From Mobula hypostoma (Eukaryota): a stretch of DNA of 64,000 bases. This document shows positions 63,256-64,000 of the stretch, in pieces. Numbering within the stretch: the first letter of the stretch is position 1; each line of letters opens with the position of its first letter. Under the pieces are notes generated by a model that saw only the letters and a list, made by a program, of their open reading frames with translations, was not told the origin of the DNA and searched no databases. The DNA is taken from positions 23,190,001 to 23,254,000 of the forward strand of contig NC_086118.1 in assembly GCF_963921235.1 (NCBI RefSeq), written 5' to 3'. The position numbers and the translations under genes are program-made.

Positions 63256-64000
63256 CAGTGCCTTGAAAAAGTATTCGGTCCCCAAACCTTTGTTCTCATA
63301 AATAAGTATTACAACCAGGGATTGTGATCAATTTAACTGGGAATTTTTATTTGTGAATCACATGCTCTTTTTTTCTACAGTAGAGCCCAGAAGACGGGAA
63401 CATTTTAAAGCATGAAAAACTAAAAGTTCAAAACCTGAAATGAAAACTAAAAGTATTCATCCTCCTTTGCTTGGCATTTAGTTGAACCACCTCTCAAAGC
63501 TTTAACAGCCATTAGTCTCTTTAGATATGTCTCCGTTAGCTTTCTGCAATATGATGGAGCAAGATTTGCCCATTCCTCCTTGCTAAATTGCTCAAGCTGT
63601 GCCAGGTTACTTGGGGAGCGGTGTTGGACTGCAATCTTGTGATCTTGGAGTGATGCTTGATTGGGTTAAGATCAGGACTGACTGGGCCACTCAAGGACAT
63701 CAATTTTCTTCACTTGAAGCCACTCCATTGTTGTCCTGCTGAAAGATGAACTTCCTCCTCAATTTAAGCTTTCTGTCAGAAGCTACCTGGTTTTTATCAA
63801 GGATCTCTGTATTTAGCAGCATTTATCTTTCCATCAATCCTGACCAGATTTTTAGTTCTTGCTGGTAAAAAGCATTCCCATATAATGATGCTACCTCTGC
63901 CATACTGTACAGTAGGGTTGGTGTTACCTGGCTGATGTGCAGTATGATATTTATGTTACATGTACCACTTTGTGTTGAGGCTAAAAAGTTCCACTTTTGT
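63256..64000 (-). mobile_element. Decayed Tc1-like transposon (second family), cut by window edge
   Basis: TA|cagtgccttgaaaaagtattc terminus, an inner repeat aaaagtattcatcc at ~63449, and antisense transposase remnants (WPSQSPDLNP-like gggttaagatcaggactgactgggccactc; FQQDN-like ttgtcctgctgaaag). Confidence 0.85.

Overview
Eukaryotic, repeat-rich intronic DNA from a vertebrate, most likely a cartilaginous fish (inferred from HE1-like V-SINEs, abundant CR1, Rex1-like and Penelope-like elements). The only host gene supported is COX10 (heme O synthase / protoheme IX farnesyltransferase) on the + strand. It has two internal exons at 10372-10693 and 21284-21408, and the rest of the window appears to be its introns. 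Almost every ORF in the track is a transposon fragment or its antisense shadow. The most notable structure is a young Penelope-like insertion (42032-43065). It forms a ~455-bp inverted repeat flanked by a 15-bp TSD. Each arm carries the GIY-YIG C-terminus and a minimal type I hammerhead ribozyme, and the element sits in what looks like the decayed hammerhead of an older Penelope-like remnant. Two older insertions (13105-13390, 27016-27850) show the same tail-out geometry. Next to it is a four-element DNA-transposon nest (43156-46347): a 6-bp-TSD element holds a hAT-Charlie/Buster element, which holds a MITE and a near-complete DD34E Tc1. The window also has a 3.3-kb CR1, solo LTRs, tRNA-derived SINEs and candidate conserved enhancers. 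All family names come from recognition by eye; no database search was run.
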